Of a stretch of DNA of 64,000 nt, positions 7,718-16,028 are shown piece after piece. The stretch is from Deltaproteobacteria bacterium (GTDB lineage Bacteria; Desulfobacterota; DSM-4660; Desulfatiglandales; HGW-15). Made by a program: the position numbers and the translations under genes. The stretch's first letter is position 1. Every line of letters begins with the position of its first letter. The DNA is taken from assembly GCA_019308745.1 (NCBI GenBank), contig JAFDHO010000001.1:13905-77904 (forward strand). Reading direction: 5' to 3'. The notes below the pieces were generated by a model. The model saw only the letters and a program-made list of their open reading frames with translations, ran no database searches and was not told the origin of the DNA.

Positions 7718-8374
7718 ATGCCCTTTGATCTGGCAGAGGAGGCCCTTGTTGCCTCGGGTCTTGGGGATGACCGAGAGGTCACCCGGTACCTTGATAGGCT
7801 CGAGCAGTTGCATTCGAGATTTCTGGCATCATCCGGGGGAATGGCCTCTTCTTCCCCGGCCGAAAAGGCGGGGAAGCTCTTTCGCTTCCTGTGGAGAGAA
7901 AAGCCCTTCCGATATGGGAGAAACGGCCCCTTCAGGTTTCATACCGTTATCACAAATCAGCTAAGCAGGGATAGGTCTGTGGTTGGGAACTGCCTGGGAC
8001 TGACGCTTCTTTACAACAGCCTCCTCCTCAAACTTGATATTGATGCGAAGGCCGTGTATCTTGAAGACGCCTTTGGCGAAGGGCCCCATGTCTTATCCCT
8101 GATCATCAGGGAGGGGGAGCCCCTGGAAGTCGAGAATATATTCCCCTGGGGCTTCGACTATAGGGGCCATCTTTCAAATCCTTCCAGGGTCCTGTGGGAC
8201 AGTCAAGAACTGGTGGCAGACCTGTACCTCAGCATGGGGAATCGGTACTTCAAGGACTCATTCCTCGATGAGGCGTTGACGGCATATGATATGGCCCTTC
8301 GCCTGAATCCCGGCTATGAGAAGGCCCGCCTCAATAGGCTTATCCTTCTGGAGAAAAGGGCAGGGAAGAACTGA
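7718..8374 (+). CDS. Hypothetical protein with a C-terminal TPR-like repeat; possible transglutaminase-like core
   Basis: VGNCLGLTLLYNSLLLKLDIDA...PHVLSL resembles a transglutaminase-like Cys/His core. ALTAYDMALRLNPGYEKARLNRLILL is TPR-like. The assignment is weak. Confidence 0.4.
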   Translation: MPFDLAEEALVASGLGDDREVTRYLDRLEQLHSRFLASSGGMASSSPAEKAGKLFRFLWREKPFRYGRNGPFRFHTVITNQLSRDRSVVGNCLGLTLLYNSLLLKLDIDAKAVYLEDAFGEGPHVLSLIIREGEPLEVENIFPWGFDYRGHLSNPSRVLWDSQELVADLYLSMGNRYFKDSFLDEALTAYDMALRLNPGYEKARLNRLILLEKRAGKN

Positions 8375-8439
8375 GAGAAATAGCCCGTTGCAGAGAGAGG
8401 GATCCAAGTCTTACTTGGTTGCCCTATAGGATTCGCTTC

Positions 8440-9660
8440 ATGGATGAAGAATACAGCCATTGTGCCCTGCCGCTGGCCAGCTTGAGGATCCTGGACCTTG
8501 CCCATGGGAGGACCGGGTTTTGCACCAGGCTCTTGGCTGACCTGGGGGCGGAGGTCATCATGGTGGAAAGGCCGGGAGGGGACCCCGCACGAGAATGCGG
8601 GCCCTTTTTCGAGGATTCGCGGGGCAAGAGGGGAAGCCTCTCCTTTTTCTACGGCAACACCAACAAGCTCAGCATAACCCTCAACCTGCAAAACCCCAAA
8701 GCCGGCTCCATTTTCCGGGGTCTGGTCAAACAGGCGGACGTATGCGTTGAGGCGTTTGCCCCGGGATATCTTGATCGGCTCGCGCTTGGTTACCAGGACC
8801 TTCGGCGCCTAAACCCGAGACTCATCCTAGCCTCCATATCCGGGCACGGTCAGGATGGCCCTCGGAAAGGATACAAGACCTGTGACCTGGCAGCTTCTGC
8901 CTTCGGCGGGCAGATGTATGCCACGGGGTCTCCTTCAAAGTCGCCATTGAAGGCCTTTGGCGAGCAGTCCTATTTCTCCGCTTCCCTATTCGCCGCCCTT
9001 GGAATCCTCATGGCTCTCAAGGTGCGAGACAAGAGCGGCAAAGGAGACCACCTCGACATCTCCATGCAGGAGGCGGTCGCCGGGACGCTGGAACATGTCC
9101 TGCCCAGCTATCAGGGGAATGATTCTGTTCCAGGAAGGAGGGGACCGAGGCACTGGAACAATTCCTTTGCCATACTCCCATGCAAGGACGGATTCATCCA
9201 GCTAACGCCCCTTCTCCAGTGGGACACCCTCGTGGAGTGGCTCGACAGCGAAGGCATGGCCGAAGACCTGAAGGACGAAAGGTGGCGTGACCCGTCCTAT
9301 CGGCTCTCGCACGCAGATCATATTGTTGAGGTCCTGAGTCGATGGACCTCTGCCCACTCCGTAACGGATCTCTTTGAGAAAGGACAACTCATGCGCTTCC
9401 CCTGGGCACCGGTGCAAACCCCTTCGGAGATAATCCGCTGCCCACAGCTCAGGGCCCGGGGATTCTTCGTCGCGGCCGGGAGGACGGGTAAGGAGAGACA
9501 TCTGGAAGCCCCTCGATTTCCTTTCAAGTTCAATCCTCCCCTCCCCCTGACCCATCTCCCTCTTCCTGAGCCAGGGGAGCACAATATGCGAATCTACGGC
9601 CAAATGCTTGGCTTGACCGGTGAGGAAATAGAGGAACTCAAGGAAGGGAGGATAATCTGA
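8440..9660 (+). CDS. Family III CoA-transferase (CaiB/BaiF/Frc type)
   Basis: LRILDLAHGRTGFCTRLLADLGAEVIMVERPGGDP N-terminal signature and about 400 aa length. ATG at 8440 is preferred over TTG at 8419. Confidence 0.85.
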   Translation: MDEEYSHCALPLASLRILDLAHGRTGFCTRLLADLGAEVIMVERPGGDPARECGPFFEDSRGKRGSLSFFYGNTNKLSITLNLQNPKAGSIFRGLVKQADVCVEAFAPGYLDRLALGYQDLRRLNPRLILASISGHGQDGPRKGYKTCDLAASAFGGQMYATGSPSKSPLKAFGEQSYFSASLFAALGILMALKVRDKSGKGDHLDISMQEAVAGTLEHVLPSYQGNDSVPGRRGPRHWNNSFAILPCKDGFIQLTPLLQWDTLVEWLDSEGMAEDLKDERWRDPSYRLSHADHIVEVLSRWTSAHSVTDLFEKGQLMRFPWAPVQTPSEIIRCPQLRARGFFVAAGRTGKERHLEAPRFPFKFNPPLPLTHLPLPEPGEHNMRIYGQMLGLTGEEIEELKEGRII

Positions 9661-9666
9661 GCGACC

Positions 9667-10854
9667 ATGGATAGGGGAGCCTTGACAGGGTTGAGGGTCA
9701 TTGACTTGGGTCGTGTTCTGGCAGGTCCCTATGCAACAAGGGTTCTTGCCGATTTCGGGGCAGAGGTCATCAAGGTTCAATCCCGGAAGACCGCGACCGG
9801 CGCAGAGTCCAATGGATCCGCCTATTTCAGGCATTGGAACCGGAACAAGAGGAGTGTTACCCTGGATATGAGCCATCCGGAGTCAAGGGACCTCCTGCTG
9901 AAACTCATATCCAAGTGCGACATTCTGGTAGAGAACTTCTCCTCCAGGGTCATGGCAAACTGGGAACTGGACTATGAGGTGCTCCGCAGTGAGAATCCCG
10001 GGCTCATCATGTTGAGCATGTCGGCAGCGGGACAGACCGGTCCCTGGAAGGATCTTGTCGCCTTCGGCCCCACGATTCAGTCCCTGGGTGGTCTGTCGTA
10101 CCTGACGTCCTATTCCGGTGATCATCCCACGGGTCTCAGCCATTCCTACGGGGACATCATTGCGGGTCTCTATGGTGCAATCGCCGTGCTCGTGGCCCTG
10201 GAGCACAGGAAGGTTACCGGCAAGGGAATGCTCATAGATCTGAGCGAGTATGAAGCCCTGTGCACGGCCCTGGGCCCAACCCTGATGGATGCCTCTGTCA
10301 ATGGGAGCAGAATACGCCCGCGGGGGAACCATGCGGACCACATTCCCGCCGCCCCCTATGGGTGTTACAGGTGCAAGGGAGAGGATAGGTGGTGTGTCAT
10401 TGCTGTCTTCAATGAGGAGGAGTGGCAGGCCCTGTGCAGGCTCATGGGAAGGCCGGAATGGTCAAGGGAAGGCCGATTCTCCTGCCTATCGAGGCGAAGG
10501 GCACACAGGGACGTGCTGGACAGACTTCTTGAAGAATGGACCGCTCGCTTCCCCGCGGAAGAACTTGTCGAACTCTTGCAGAGATCCGGGGTCCCTTCGG
10601 GGATCGTTCAAGGCCCCGAAGACCTCCTTGAAGACCCCCAGCTCGCGGCACGGGGATTCTTTTCGACGTCTTCTTCTCATGACGGGAGGAATATCTTTGT
10701 TGACGCCTACCCCATAAGATCCAGGAATTGGAAAAAGGGCCCGGTAAACCCAGCCCCCCAACTTGGAGAAGATAATGACTACGTGTTCAGGGAATTGCTG
10801 GGGCTCAAAGAGGAAGAGGTTTCCTACTATGTCACCAAAGGCGTTATTGGCTAG
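9667..10854 (+). CDS. Family III CoA-transferase, second adjacent paralogue
   Basis: LRVIDLGRVLAGPYATRVLADFGAEVIKVQS signature, 395 aa, only 6 nt after the previous gene. Confidence 0.85.
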   Translation: MDRGALTGLRVIDLGRVLAGPYATRVLADFGAEVIKVQSRKTATGAESNGSAYFRHWNRNKRSVTLDMSHPESRDLLLKLISKCDILVENFSSRVMANWELDYEVLRSENPGLIMLSMSAAGQTGPWKDLVAFGPTIQSLGGLSYLTSYSGDHPTGLSHSYGDIIAGLYGAIAVLVALEHRKVTGKGMLIDLSEYEALCTALGPTLMDASVNGSRIRPRGNHADHIPAAPYGCYRCKGEDRWCVIAVFNEEEWQALCRLMGRPEWSREGRFSCLSRRRAHRDVLDRLLEEWTARFPAEELVELLQRSGVPSGIVQGPEDLLEDPQLAARGFFSTSSSHDGRNIFVDAYPIRSRNWKKGPVNPAPQLGEDNDYVFRELLGLKEEEVSYYVTKGVIG

Positions 10855-10990
10855 CCTGTGTCCCTTTACCAATCGGGAGCCAAGGGCGTTGGGAAATGCG
10901 CTTTCCGTACATTGACGTCCGGTTGGGATTTTGCAAAATGACTCCTAAACCAGATTGTTGTGCTCAACTCGTAGCTCAGGCTGTTGGCAC

Positions 10991-11020
10991 GGCCCGGGAG
11001 TTGTCCGAGGGCCTCTTTTT
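10991..11020 (+). terminator. Probable intrinsic terminator after the CoA-transferase pair
   Basis: GGCCC (10991-10995) pairs with GGGCC (11009-11013), followed by TCTTTTT. Confidence 0.45.
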
Positions 11021-11098
11021 GCAAAACCCCGACCGGGCGCTACAGATTTCCAAATGGATTTGCGCATTTCTAGTGAACTGAAACCAGCGAAATTCTTC

Positions 11099-11142
11099 TT
11101 GACAACAAGTGGCGGTGGAAATAGCATTATCAAACGATCGTT
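11099..11142 (+). promoter_or_regulatory. Promoter plus operator copy 4: TTGACA-N17-TAGCAT-tatc-AAACGATCGTT
   Basis: TTGACA at 11099-11104, TAGCAT at 11122-11127, palindrome at 11132-11142. Confidence 0.6.
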
Positions 11143-11299
11143 AGGTCATGTCTTGTTGGGTTCCTCACTAGAATCCGTGGGCTGAAAACTACCTGATGCT
11201 CGCCCTCAAGAGGGTTGGGATGTCTTTTCGGAGTGACTGCTGGGAGGCGCCTGAGGCGCTTTGGGAATTGTAAGTTCTTTTTGAAGCTTGGAGGGAGCA

Positions 11300-12628
11300 A
11301 TGAAGGAGTGGAAGGCCGAATTCGAGAAAAAGTTGATCACGGCCGAGGAGGCCGCCAAACTGGTCAAGCCGGGTGACAGGGTGTCCTTTACCCTCGGCCG
11401 CGAAGCCTTTTCCATAGGGTTGGCCATTGCCGCCCGCATAGGGGAGCTGCGTGATGTGAAGGTATTTCAACCCTTTCCGGGTTATGACTTCGGCTGGTAC
11501 GATGCAGGCTGGGAAGAGTTCTTCCAAATAAGCATCCTGATGCCCACGGCGGTCTCCCAACAGATGATAGATGAAAGGAGGGGCGACATCGAAGTCAATG
11601 ACATCCTGTGCTGGAGCGAGAGCACACTGTGTCAATCCGATGTCGTGATAACCGAGGTCTCCCCGCCGGACGAAAAGGGGTTCTGCAGTTTTGGGGCGGC
11701 GCTGTGGAACAAGAGAAAACACATCAAACAGGGAAAACTTGTTCTTGCAGAGATCAATGACCGGCTCATAAGGACCTTCGGTGATAACTTTGTCCACGTC
11801 TCCGAGATCGACTATTTTGTCCCTCACCAGGAATCGGGCGGAGTGGCATCCAGCGGCAGTCTGGGGGGCAGGGAAAAGAAGGAACCGGCCCAGTACATGA
11901 AGGATATCACCCGCCACGTCTCCGGCCTGATAGGAGACGGGGACACGGTGCAGATCGGCATCGGGAGGGTCTCGGAACGACTCGTGGAACTCGGCCTGTT
12001 CGATGGAAGATCCGATATCGGCTGGTACTCCGAAGCCACGCCGCCGGGCGTGATCAAGCTCGTGCGGGAAGGCGTGATCAACGGCAGGAAGAAGAATTTC
12101 TTCCCCGGTAAAGTGATTGTAACCACCCTGGGTGGGGCAACAAAAGACGATATGGACTGGGCCAGCAACAACCCCCTCTTTTGGCTGGCCGATGTGGACT
12201 TTCTCTGGGATGTGAGGAATATCTCCGCAAATGATAATATGGTGGCCATCAACCAGGCCCTCACCGTAGATCTCTCCGGTCAGGTATCTGCCGAAAGCAT
12301 CGGGCACAAGATATTCAGCAGTGCAGGAGGGCAGACGGCATTTGCCTACGGCGCCCTCCTCTCCAAGGATGGAAGGGGAATTACCGTACTGCCCTCCACC
12401 GCTAAGACGAGGGACGGAAAATTGACTTCAAGGATCGTCCCCGCCCTCGAGCCCGGTACCGCCGTCACCGTCCCCCGTAACTGCGTTGACCACGTGGTCA
12501 CGGAATATGGCATCGCAAGACTCAGGGGCAAATCCCTTCGTCATCGGTGCGAGGAGCTTATCGCCGTGGCCCATCCCGACTTCAGAGAGGAACTCCGCGA
12601 CTCCGCCAGAAGGCTCTACTGGCCCTGA
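11300..12628 (+). CDS. Acetyl-CoA hydrolase/transferase family protein (4-hydroxybutyrate CoA-transferase-like)
   Basis: ATG at 11300 after GGAGGGA. ITAEEAAKLVKPGDRVSF N-terminus and SSAGGQTAFAYGA (GGQ.DF..GA-type) block. Confidence 0.8.
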   Translation: MKEWKAEFEKKLITAEEAAKLVKPGDRVSFTLGREAFSIGLAIAARIGELRDVKVFQPFPGYDFGWYDAGWEEFFQISILMPTAVSQQMIDERRGDIEVNDILCWSESTLCQSDVVITEVSPPDEKGFCSFGAALWNKRKHIKQGKLVLAEINDRLIRTFGDNFVHVSEIDYFVPHQESGGVASSGSLGGREKKEPAQYMKDITRHVSGLIGDGDTVQIGIGRVSERLVELGLFDGRSDIGWYSEATPPGVIKLVREGVINGRKKNFFPGKVIVTTLGGATKDDMDWASNNPLFWLADVDFLWDVRNISANDNMVAINQALTVDLSGQVSAESIGHKIFSSAGGQTAFAYGALLSKDGRGITVLPSTAKTRDGKLTSRIVPALEPGTAVTVPRNCVDHVVTEYGIARLRGKSLRHRCEELIAVAHPDFREELRDSARRLYWP

Positions 12629-12650
12629 CAGTTCTTGCATTTTTCCGTGA

Positions 12651-14237
12651 TCAAGGGCCTGTGCCACCGCCCCGGTCAATATCAAAGGTCTCCTCCCTCC
12701 AGGCGATTTCTCCGTCGATCAGGGTCATTTCCACGTGAATATCTCTCAGCTCTTCAGGGGGTACCCTGGTGGGGTCGGTGCTGAGGAGCACCATGTCCGC
12801 CAGCTTCCCGGGTGTTAGGGTACCCTTAACTCTTTCTTCGAATCCCACCCATGCACCATGGACCGTGTACATCTTGAGTGCGTCCAGGGTGCTTATGGCT
12901 TCTTCGGAGATAACCGGGGCGCCGCTCTTGGCCCTCCTGGACACCGCAGCATACACCCCTATCAAAGGATCTGGCGGGGCCACGGGACAATCGGAGCTCC
13001 CGGCGACCACGATGCCTGATTTCATAAGTGTCCCGGTGGCATAAAGGCCCTTCAGGACTGGAATACTCTCCAGGTAGCGGTCGCCATTATAATAAACAAA
13101 ACAGGGCTGGGTAACCACCGCGATACCCTGCTCTGCCAGGCGCCTCGACAACGAGGGCGTGCAGAGGGAACAGTGCTCGATGCGATGCCTGTGATCGGGT
13201 CTCGGGTACTTCCCGAGGGCATACTCAATGGCCTCGCAGGCGGATTCCACTGCGTGTCCTTCGATTGCGTGTATCGCCACCTGCATGCCCATTCGATGGA
13301 CGTGGAAGACCTTTCGGTTCAACTCCTCCTGCCCCGGATGCAATCGCCCGGTTGTCTCATCCAAGATCACCTTCACTCCCCCGAGACTGACATGGTTGTC
13401 CCCGGGAAAATCCTTCGGCGAAAAGTGTTTATCCCCTTCAAAGGAATCAGTGCCCAGCAAGACCCTGGCCCTGGGCAGGAAGGCCTTTCCCCTCTTCCAC
13501 CTCCGAATCCTGTCCAACTCCTCCAGGCCGTTTCCCTGGGAGGCTTCGTGGATGGACGTTACCCCGCAGGACAAAAGCCGCCTGTTGACCTCCCTTATTC
13601 CCCGCTCCAATTCCCCGTCTGACTGGGGAGGCATCCTCCTTGAGAGATACTTTCCCATCTCATAGAGGACACCGGTCGGCTCTCCTGTCTCCAAATCCCT
13701 TTCGATCAGGCCCCCTGGCGGATCCGGTGTATGCCTCGTAATCCCCACCAATCGCAGGGCCATGCTATTCAGGACGTGTGCGTGTCCTGTACGATGGGTC
13801 AGCCTTATGGGGTGCCGTGAAGAGGCCCTGTCCAGATCCCACCTTGTCGGATGTCGTTTCTCAGCTAGATGGAACTCGTGGTACCCCCTTGCCCTTATCC
13901 AGTGTCCCTTTGGCAAAGAAGCGGCCTTGGCCTGGATCCCCTCTATGATGTGTTCAATCGTGAGGAAGTCATCTCCACCGGCGAAATCCATGCTGAGCAC
14001 AGCCTGTGCGGAGGCTCGAAGGTGGAAGTGGCTATCGATGAATCCCGGTACCAGGGGTTTCCCCCCGCAATCCACGACGACGGTGCCAGTAGTCTTGGAC
14101 CTTTGCCAATCCTGTCCCCCTTCGAGGGCAAGGATCCGTCCGCCAGCCACAACAACGAACCCTCTCTTGATGGGTGGTCCGGCCATGGGAATGATATGGG
14201 CATTATGGAGGATCAAGTCTGGCGCCTGTCGTCCCAT
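12651..14237 (-). CDS. Metal-dependent amidohydrolase (Amidohydro_3-like)
   Basis: The start is set at ATG 14237 (MGRQAPDLILHNAHIIPMAG) with GGGAGG upstream. Contains the GFIDSHFHL HxH metal motif. The 110-codon upstream extension in the track has no family signal. Confidence 0.8.
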   Translation of the reverse strand: MGRQAPDLILHNAHIIPMAGPPIKRGFVVVAGGRILALEGGQDWQRSKTTGTVVVDCGGKPLVPGFIDSHFHLRASAQAVLSMDFAGGDDFLTIEHIIEGIQAKAASLPKGHWIRARGYHEFHLAEKRHPTRWDLDRASSRHPIRLTHRTGHAHVLNSMALRLVGITRHTPDPPGGLIERDLETGEPTGVLYEMGKYLSRRMPPQSDGELERGIREVNRRLLSCGVTSIHEASQGNGLEELDRIRRWKRGKAFLPRARVLLGTDSFEGDKHFSPKDFPGDNHVSLGGVKVILDETTGRLHPGQEELNRKVFHVHRMGMQVAIHAIEGHAVESACEAIEYALGKYPRPDHRHRIEHCSLCTPSLSRRLAEQGIAVVTQPCFVYYNGDRYLESIPVLKGLYATGTLMKSGIVVAGSSDCPVAPPDPLIGVYAAVSRRAKSGAPVISEEAISTLDALKMYTVHGAWVGFEERVKGTLTPGKLADMVLLSTDPTRVPPEELRDIHVEMTLIDGEIAWREETFDIDRGGGTGP

Positions 14238-14460
14238 AGGGCCTCCCTGAAGAAAAAAACACATCCTATTCGGCCGGGGCTGACCCGTCTGCACCCGGGC
14301 TCCTGGATATTGAATGTACACCATAACTTCTGGATCGGCAATTCCAACATTCTTGCTCGACCCCGCTCCCAAACCATCGACGTGATCGTTTGAGTCCTGC
14401 CCGAGACGGCAAAGATTCTCCCCTCCTTTTTCAGACCCCGGGGCAAAGCCTTGTTTTTCC

Positions 14461-14490
14461 TTGACACCGCCGCTTTGTGCGCCATACACT
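14461..14490 (+). promoter_or_regulatory. Candidate sigma70 promoter TTGACA-N18-TACACT (no operator palindrome)
   Basis: Perfect -35 at 14461-14466 and TACACT at 14485-14490, upstream of the MoaD-like genes. Confidence 0.35.
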
Positions 14491-14576
14491 TTTTTCTCAT
14501 GGTTGCCGGGTATCTCATCTCCTCCCGGGACCGGTCGGACAAAGATGATCCAAATGAATAAACCCATTCATGGACA

Positions 14577-14789
14577 ATGGAAAGGGCCGAAAGGTTCGCA
14601 AAACCCGGATTGACTTCCCTCTACGCCCTAGTGGCCAAAAGAATCACCGGGGACTGGAGAAACCGAAGCTCACTTCAAACAGCCGAAATGACCCTTTGTG
14701 GGGGCGAAGCATATCCTGATGAGATGAACACGCCTGCTAAGGATGGTGACGAGGTCTATATCATTGTGGGGATGGATCATGTAGGGTAA
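14577..14789 (+). CDS. Truncated MoaD/ThiS-like paralogue (possibly a pseudogene remnant)
   Basis: The C-terminal part LYALVAKRITG...GGEAYPDEMNTPAKDGDEVYIIVGMDHVG aligns with LRNLAAKFPG...NGESAYPEELSKDVKEGDEIHITTVIGDG of the next gene. The N-terminal beta-strands are missing, and a stop lies 6 codons upstream of the ATG. Confidence 0.3.
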   Translation: MERAERFAKPGLTSLYALVAKRITGDWRNRSSLQTAEMTLCGGEAYPDEMNTPAKDGDEVYIIVGMDHVG

Positions 14790-14813
14790 TCATGGTTTGG
14801 GGAGGCACAGGAT

Positions 14814-15089
14814 TTGGGTATTAAGATAAACATACACCCTGTCCTCTTTGGGGCTACGAATGATCAAGAGGTCGTGGAAGTAGATGGCCGCACGGTCGAA
14901 GAGTGTCTCAGGAATCTTGCGGCCAAGTTCCCCGGCCTCGGAAGGAAGCTCTTTGACAGGGATGGAAGGAAGTTGCTCGGCATCTTTGACATCTGGGTCA
15001 ACGGGGAGAGCGCATACCCTGAAGAACTGTCAAAGGATGTCAAAGAAGGAGATGAGATACACATTACCACGGTCATTGGGGATGGGTAG
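14814..15089 (+). CDS. MoaD/ThiS-family ubiquitin-like (beta-grasp) protein, C-terminus GDG rather than GG
   Basis: 91 aa. The pattern KINIHPVLFG...VEVDGRTVEECL...VNGE...V.EGDEIHI is MoaD-like. TTG start after GGGGAGG. Confidence 0.65.
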   Translation: MGIKINIHPVLFGATNDQEVVEVDGRTVEECLRNLAAKFPGLGRKLFDRDGRKLLGIFDIWVNGESAYPEELSKDVKEGDEIHITTVIGDG

Positions 15090-15141
15090 ACTAACTTGCT
15101 AGATAAGCATCTGAGGTCTACGTGGGGTTCTGGTTTTGACC

Positions 15142-15879
15142 ATGATTTCAGCTCTTGAGCGCCAAAGGTATCAAAGGCAAATAGGGATCAAAGAGGTCGG
15201 TGAAGAGGGACAAGAAAGGCTCAAGGCCGCAAAAGTCCTCGTCGCCGGTGCTGGCGGCCTTGGCTCCGCATCCCTGCCCTACCTCGTAGCAGCCGGGTTT
15301 GGCGCCATCAGGATCATCGATCAGGACCTGGTAGAGCTCAGTAATCTTAACAGGCAGATATTACACTGGACCGAAGACATCGGCCGACCGAAGACGGCAT
15401 CTGCCATGGACAAGCTCGGGAGGCTCAACCCCGAAGTAGACATGGAGTCATTCCAGGAGAAGATTACGAACAAGAATGCCGATGCCCTGGTAGGTGACTG
15501 TGACCTGATCGTCGACGCCTTGGATAACCTGTCAACCAGGTATATCTTGAACAGGGTAGCCATCGAAAAGGGCATACCCTTCTTCCATGGGGCTGTTTCA
15601 GGCTTCGAAGGCCGGGCCATGACCATTATACCCGGCAGGACTGCATGCCTCCATTGTTTTTACCGGGGGCGCCTCAAGGGCAAGAAGACGCCCGTGATAG
15701 GCGTCACCCCCGCGATCATAGGGATTATCCAGGCCACGGAAGTCATAAAATACGTCCTTGGGACCGGCAAACTCCTCACGAACACCCTGATGGTCTACGA
15801 CGGTTTGAGCGCCACCTTTAACAAGTTCAAGATAAACAGGGATCCCAACTGCAAGGCCTGTGGCCACCTCCCCTCCTGA
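15142..15879 (+). CDS. ThiF/MoeB/HesA-family E1-like adenylyltransferase
   Basis: VLVAGAGGLGSASLPYLVAAGFGAIRIIDQDLVELSNLNRQ nucleotide-binding block plus two CxxC pairs (CLHC, CKAC). TTG at 15136 is an alternative start. Confidence 0.85.
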   Translation: MISALERQRYQRQIGIKEVGEEGQERLKAAKVLVAGAGGLGSASLPYLVAAGFGAIRIIDQDLVELSNLNRQILHWTEDIGRPKTASAMDKLGRLNPEVDMESFQEKITNKNADALVGDCDLIVDALDNLSTRYILNRVAIEKGIPFFHGAVSGFEGRAMTIIPGRTACLHCFYRGRLKGKKTPVIGVTPAIIGIIQATEVIKYVLGTGKLLTNTLMVYDGLSATFNKFKINRDPNCKACGHLPS

Positions 15880-15969
15880 TGGCACGGGCCCCAGTCCTTT
15901 CAGCCCTCCTCCAACTCCTGTCGACCCACAAGAGCCTATAGACAGGGCGCCAGAGCCCAAAAAAATATC

Positions 15970-16014
15970 TTGACAACATATCGCCGCGCCAATAATATGA
16001 ACAAACGATCGTTT
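15970..16014 (+). promoter_or_regulatory. Promoter plus operator copy 5: TTGACA-N17-TAATAT-gaac-AAACGATCGTTT
   Basis: TTGACA at 15970-15975, TAATAT at 15993-15998, perfect 12-bp palindrome at 16003-16014. Lies 15 nt before ATG 16029. Confidence 0.65.
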
Positions 16015-16028
16015 AGCATCTTTGCGGG

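Noticed and set aside
14381-14394. GTGATCGTTTG, which resembles one half of the AAACGATCGTTT operator, upstream of the amidohydrolase gene.
   Set aside because: It is only a half-site. No TTGACA-N17-TAnnAn promoter lies at the correct distance on either strand, so it is not counted as a sixth regulon member.
14238-14567. The 110-codon N-terminal extension of the amidohydrolase ORF given in the track.
   Set aside because: The extension is low-complexity, lacks an RBS and has no counterpart in the family. The internal ATG at 14237 has a GGGAGG RBS and starts exactly at the conserved N-terminal strand.
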